Positions 61,061-64,000 of a DNA stretch of 64,000 bases are shown here, one piece after another; position 1 is the stretch's first letter; each line of letters starts with the position of its first letter. The position numbers and the translations under genes are program-made. The notes beneath the pieces are model-generated. The model saw only the letters and a list, made by a program, of their open reading frames with translations, searched no databases and was not told the DNA's origin. The stretch is taken from the sequence record OP729297.1. One strand, given 5' to 3'.

Positions 61061-64000
61061 ATGGTGAAAATCAAGCATATAGCTTTTGACTTCGAGCCAC
61101 CTGAGCAGTTTGCCGACCAGCAGACATACGACGGTGTTCGAATACTAAAAGGCGTAAGTAAAAGCGCTAAAGGTGGTAAAGCACTACTCGTCCTCGATCA
61201 CATGCCAACCGAAGACTTGCGTAACGGCAAGATATTCAGTAGCACAGAAGGTGAGTTGTTCCTGAATCAGATTCAGTATCTCGAAGATACGTTTCCGACC
61301 AAGACAACTCTCGACGACTGGAACTTCCTTGTTGTCTCGTACAACATGTTCAAGACGTATGACAAGGGCGAGCAGTTCAAAGAAGACGCAGACCAAGCGT
61401 TTGCGGATCGTATTCGTGATTTGATTGTTGAGTACAAGCCAGACTATGTTCTAACATTTGGTAAGGCGCCGTTCAAAGCGCTTAACGCCGATAAGATTCA
61501 GTTCTCGAAAGATCACTACGAGCACTGGTACGGTGTGGAGATTCCGACGAAGCTCAAACACGATGGTAAGAAGCACAGCTTTATCCATCTGCCGAACGTC
61601 AGCTATCACACCGTATTGAACCCAATGCACATCAGCGGTTCATCGTATACTCTCGGTTACATGGCACGTTGGATGTTGCCGTGGTTGAACAAAGGGATGC
61701 GTTATAAGATCGACGAAGTTACGTGTGGTAAGAATCGTAACTGGGACCTCGTGTATGTAACTAAGGTCAAGCAACTTGAGAAAATCTTGAAGCGTATGAA
61801 GCGCGCCAAGAAGGTTGCAGTCGATACCGAAACCGAGAACCTGAACCGTATCAAGAACAAGATTCTGACGGTGCAGTTATCGGACGACGGTAAGAAAGCG
61901 TATGTCATACCTGTCTATCACCGAGACAGCCCATTCAGTCCAAAAGAACTGCGTAAGGTTAAGGAACTGTTTAAGGACTTCTTCGAGGAGAACGACAACA
62001 AGTACCAAATCTATACCAACGCGAAGTTCGACCTGAACGTAATGCGCTCTAACTTCGGCATTCGTAGTTATGCAGCAAACGTTTGGGATATTCAAGCAGG
62101 CGAGTTCGCCTTCGATGAAAACGCCAAGTCGTTGTTGAACGTAACTGGTAACGGTTACTACAACTTGGCTAACCTGACAATGCAGTTTGGTTGTAAGGTG
62201 TATCATGAAGTGTCGTTCGGTAAAGAGATGCGAGCGACTATTGCCGACGTTGACTTGGACGAGAGTGTTCAGGAATACGCAGGACTTGACGTTATCGTTC
62301 CATTCCGTATCGCAGCGAAGCAGATGTTGCGAGCGAACGATATCAAGTACGGCAAGTATGAGTCTATGGTCAGTGAGCAAATCTCCGACCAGATTCATGC
62401 GTTCTCCATTCTGGAAACAACAGGTGCTGGTGCTGATATCGACTACCTGTTTAAGCTCAACCTGCCGAACTCTCCTATCAACGAGGAGATTCGAAACGTA
62501 GAGCGTGAGTTCATGAACAGCCCTGAGGTTAAGGCTGCGAACAAAGTGATCTGCAAAGACGACAACGTTCCTAAGATGGGTCTTATGGGCAAAGTCGAAG
62601 TCACCAAGTTCGATATGTCGAAGTCGGAGCATAAGCAAATCCTGTTCTTCGATGTGATGAAACTCAAACCTTTGAAAGAAGGGGAACAGCTCCGTGAGAA
62701 CGGCAAGAAGACGGGTAAGCTCGACAAAGACTTCCAAGCGGCGTATGCAGATATTCCGTTGGTGTCGCTCTACACAAAGCTCGGCAAAGCGTACAAGCTC
62801 AAGAACGCCTACGTTAACAGCCTGCTTAAATTGTGGGGAGAGTCAGAGGACTTCAAACATGACCGTTCAATCCGACCAACTTATGGCTATCTCGGAGTTG
62901 TAACGGGACGTACCTCAGCGTCTGACCCGAACTTGCAACAGGTACCAAGTCGAAGCGAGATGGGTAAACTGATCAAGCGTATTCTGATTGCGCGTAAGAA
63001 CAGATTGCTTATCAAGGTCGACTACTCGGCACACGAAGTTCGTGGTTGGTCAATCATCTCTGGTGACCAGGGCGTTGCAGACGTATTCGAACAGGGCCGT
63101 AAGCTGCGTCATCGTTTCCGTACAGTACCTGACCCGTGGATCGAACACCGCGTCGAAGCAGAAGGTGACGTTCACAAAATCAACGCCGCGTACTTCTTCG
63201 GTATTCCAAACGTAATGGACGTAACCAAGTCCGTACGTAACGCGGTTAAGACCGTAATCTTCGGCCTGATCTATCAGCAGGGTGATAAGGGTCTTGCGAA
63301 GTCAACTGGACGTGAAGTTGAGGAGATTGCTGAGATCAAAGGCAAGTTCCTTAAACGATTCCCTGTTGGCTTAAAATGGTTCGACAAGATTAAGAAGTTT
63401 GCACACGAGAACTTCTTTGTTGAATCACCAGTTGGTCGTCGTCGTCATCTCTGGGGCCTGATGCTTCCAGAGTCGCATAAAGAAGCGAACATGGTTCATG
63501 CAGCATGTGACCGTCGTGCGGTAAACAGTCCAGTACAGGGCTTCGGTTCTGACTTGATGATGTCCGCGATTCGTATTCTTGACCGCATGAAGTATGACTA
63601 CTGGAAAGCGAATGGCGAATACCCTGACTTCGATATGAACGTATCGGTACACGACTCCTTGACCGTTGACTGCGATTACAAATGGATCTTCCTTGCGCTC
63701 GATATGATCGAACGTGCGATGACCAGCGCAGTGGTCGAGAAAGTGCAGAAGCGTCACGAAGGATTTGAGTTCACGTCCGTACCTGAAATCGACTTTGAAA
63801 TCGGTGCGTCAGAGAAAGACGTGCAGGGTTGGAACTTCTCTTACACGCAACTCAAGAAACTCATTAAAGACGGCCTTGAGATTAAACGTGACGAGCTGGG
63901 TGAGACCGACCTCGATGTTGAGAAGACACTGGATAGCATTATGGAAGACCAGTATCATCTCATGTCCGATTGGATGAAGAAACAGCTTTGGGCTAACGAT
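61061..64000 (+). CDS. polA: family A DNA polymerase with 3'-5' exonuclease and N-terminal UDG-like domain; 3' end runs off the window
   Basis: Absent from the track (no stop in window); motifs hand-translated in the 61061 frame: ExoI DTET, ExoII NAKFD, ExoIII YAGLD, TGRTSASDPNLQQ, motif A DYSAHE (63020), motif B R...KTVIFGLIY, motif C VHDS (63647). Confidence 0.92.
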   Translation, partial: MVKIKHIAFDFEPPEQFADQQTYDGVRILKGVSKSAKGGKALLVLDHMPTEDLRNGKIFSSTEGELFLNQIQYLEDTFPTKTTLDDWNFLVVSYNMFKTYDKGEQFKEDADQAFADRIRDLIVEYKPDYVLTFGKAPFKALNADKIQFSKDHYEHWYGVEIPTKLKHDGKKHSFIHLPNVSYHTVLNPMHISGSSYTLGYMARWMLPWLNKGMRYKIDEVTCGKNRNWDLVYVTKVKQLEKILKRMKRAKKVAVDTETENLNRIKNKILTVQLSDDGKKAYVIPVYHRDSPFSPKELRKVKELFKDFFEENDNKYQIYTNAKFDLNVMRSNFGIRSYAANVWDIQAGEFAFDENAKSLLNVTGNGYYNLANLTMQFGCKVYHEVSFGKEMRATIADVDLDESVQEYAGLDVIVPFRIAAKQMLRANDIKYGKYESMVSEQISDQIHAFSILETTGAGADIDYLFKLNLPNSPINEEIRNVEREFMNSPEVKAANKVICKDDNVPKMGLMGKVEVTKFDMSKSEHKQILFFDVMKLKPLKEGEQLRENGKKTGKLDKDFQAAYADIPLVSLYTKLGKAYKLKNAYVNSLLKLWGESEDFKHDRSIRPTYGYLGVVTGRTSASDPNLQQVPSRSEMGKLIKRILIARKNRLLIKVDYSAHEVRGWSIISGDQGVADVFEQGRKLRHRFRTVPDPWIEHRVEAEGDVHKINAAYFFGIPNVMDVTKSVRNAVKTVIFGLIYQQGDKGLAKSTGREVEEIAEIKGKFLKRFPVGLKWFDKIKKFAHENFFVESPVGRRRHLWGLMLPESHKEANMVHAACDRRAVNSPVQGFGSDLMMSAIRILDRMKYDYWKANGEYPDFDMNVSVHDSLTVDCDYKWIFLALDMIERAMTSAVVEKVQKRHEGFEFTSVPEIDFEIGASEKDVQGWNFSYTQLKKLIKDGLEIKRDELGETDLDVEKTLDSIMEDQYHLMSDWMKKQLWAND

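Noticed and set aside
1-64000. Stop-codon reassignment, as in some jumbo phages
   Set aside because: Long genes are intact under code 11, and TAA, TGA and TAG all end genes at sensible positions (e.g. TAG for primase and sigma)

Overview
This window is a 64 kb slice of a lytic jumbo (myovirus-type) bacteriophage genome. It is gene-dense and uses the standard code, with no rRNA, tRNA or CRISPR array seen. Gene content resembles the enterobacterial 'hairy' jumbo phages (Erwinia Y3/Yoloswag/Alexandra, Dickeya JA11/AD1-like); this is inference from recall, with no search run. Replication and recombination genes: intein-containing RecA/UvsX, gp32-like SSB, DnaG primase, Cas4-like nuclease, RuvC, DnaX-like clamp loader, SbcC/SbcD (gp46/47-like), a 1948-aa SNF2 protein, a PolA-fold (TV-Pol-like) protein, and a family A DNA polymerase truncated at the window end. 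Other genes: a sigma-70-type factor without region 4, virion and lysis genes (Ig-repeat protein, GH108 endolysin, Tlde1-like enzyme), and counter-defence candidates (full-length AcrVA2-like protein, Acb1-like 2H phosphoesterase, ART-like protein). The strongest unexplained patterns are four. (1) An 8-residue N-terminal tag M-E-I-x-V-S-L-S sits on seven otherwise unrelated proteins and is conserved at protein rather than DNA level, a candidate capsid-targeting/maturation-cleavage signal. (2) A ~350 nt highly base-paired intergenic element at 27.8-28.15 kb has its own promoter motif and a bistable 5' domain. (3) Two recurrent upstream motifs, CTGTAAATA and RCTAATTT, largely split replication genes from virion genes. 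(4) An origin-like intergenic region lies next to the PolA-fold gene. Family assignments are from motifs and remembered sequences and need database confirmation.
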